A DNA stretch of 64,000 nt from contig OZ037766.1 of NCBI GenBank assembly GCA_964035545.1, forward strand, positions 33,445,923 to 33,509,922, read 5' to 3'. Below, piece by piece: positions 62,991-64,000 of the stretch. The notes under the pieces are model-generated. The model ran no database searches, had not been told where the DNA came from, and saw only the letters and a program-made list of their open reading frames with translations. This DNA comes from Bugula neritina (Eukaryota > Animalia > Bryozoa). Position 1 is the first letter of the stretch. Each line of letters opens with the position of its first letter. The translations under genes and the position numbers were made by a program.

Positions 62991-63575
62991 CGTTTACATT
63001 ATTAGCCAGTATTCTTTCTTCACAAGGTGGTATGTATAATGTTATAGGAGATTTGACACATGAGTATATAAAAAGCTATAGCATACTACGTTACACTGTG
63101 ACATGTACCTTAGTCATGGGTAGGAGAAAGTGTAGGTGTCATTACATAGGGAGCATGTGAAATACCTGCAATCACCTGTGCAGGCATGTCAATCACCTGC
63201 AATCACTGCTATACATGATAACATCACTTCAACAAGCTAGAAATCAATTGACATATTCTCCAGAATATATATGCACACCGCCTAATTACCGTCATCATTA
63301 TGAACTTTCAATTATAAAAACTAAGCTAATTACTGTGTAAATCAATGCAAATAGCTTGGCCTTGGTTCCTTATATAGTGTGGCGTGTTCACTATGTTATG
63401 CTGTATCATATATGCGGGTATAACAAAGTTGTGGAGCTCTACTATGTGTAAACAATCATCTATACATTACTATTGAGAAGTTTACTCACCAGCTTGTCAT
63501 CAGTTGCGTGTTTGAGCTGCCGCATTAGATGCTTCATCTGCTATAGCTGCCGCAGTAGACTGGTAATACATTTCG

Positions 63576-63765
63576 TATATATATATATATATATATATAC
63601 ATATATATATGTATATATATATATATACATATATACACATTTGTATATATGTATATATATATACATATAATTATTATACATATATACATATAATTATTAT
63701 ACATATATACATATACATATAATTATTATACATATATACATATACACACATTTGTATATATGTAC
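63576..63765. repeat. (TA)n/(TACA) microsatellite tract
   Basis: Direct reading. Confidence 0.9.
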
Positions 63766-64000
63766 ACCAGTGCATGTAACCGTATATATAACTGAACATA
63801 CTAATCTATTGGTTATACCTTAGGCGTAGCAATATTATGGATTTTAATCAACCATAATCAATGTTTTTTAATCTCCGATGATTTGATATTTAATTAAACA
63901 CTTGATAAGGATCACTTTCGCTAGCCTGTACACTGCAGGCTTCTATGCAGACGCATTATACTAATAACTCTCACTGGTTGTATACTACTTGTTAATGTGT

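Overview
AT-rich eukaryotic (invertebrate animal; taxon not determinable from sequence) genomic DNA with six spliced protein-coding genes, all on the + strand. They are: the 3' half of a DEG/ENaC (ASIC-like) channel; three tandem paralogous MFSD4-type MFS transporters (here A, B, C; 8 coding exons each, same intron phases); a divergent gamma-butyrobetaine-dioxygenase-like Fe/2OG oxygenase; and a complete 15-exon cytoplasmic arginyl-tRNA synthetase with one GC-AG intron. Almost all long ORFs in the supplied track are artefacts of tandem repeats. The dominant architecture is that about three quarters of the introns are filled by a minisatellite of 8-46 bp units, different in nearly every intron and even between paralogous introns. 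In at least ten introns the unit copies that intron's own exon/intron junction, giving arrays of decoy donors, acceptors or AG|GT sites next to the real one. Also present: a ~3.25 kb TA-flanked non-autonomous TIR element inserted into one minisatellite, and patchwise gene conversion between MFS paralogs A and C. Gene models were built by hand from GT/GC-AG boundaries, phase consistency and family motifs; no database search was run.
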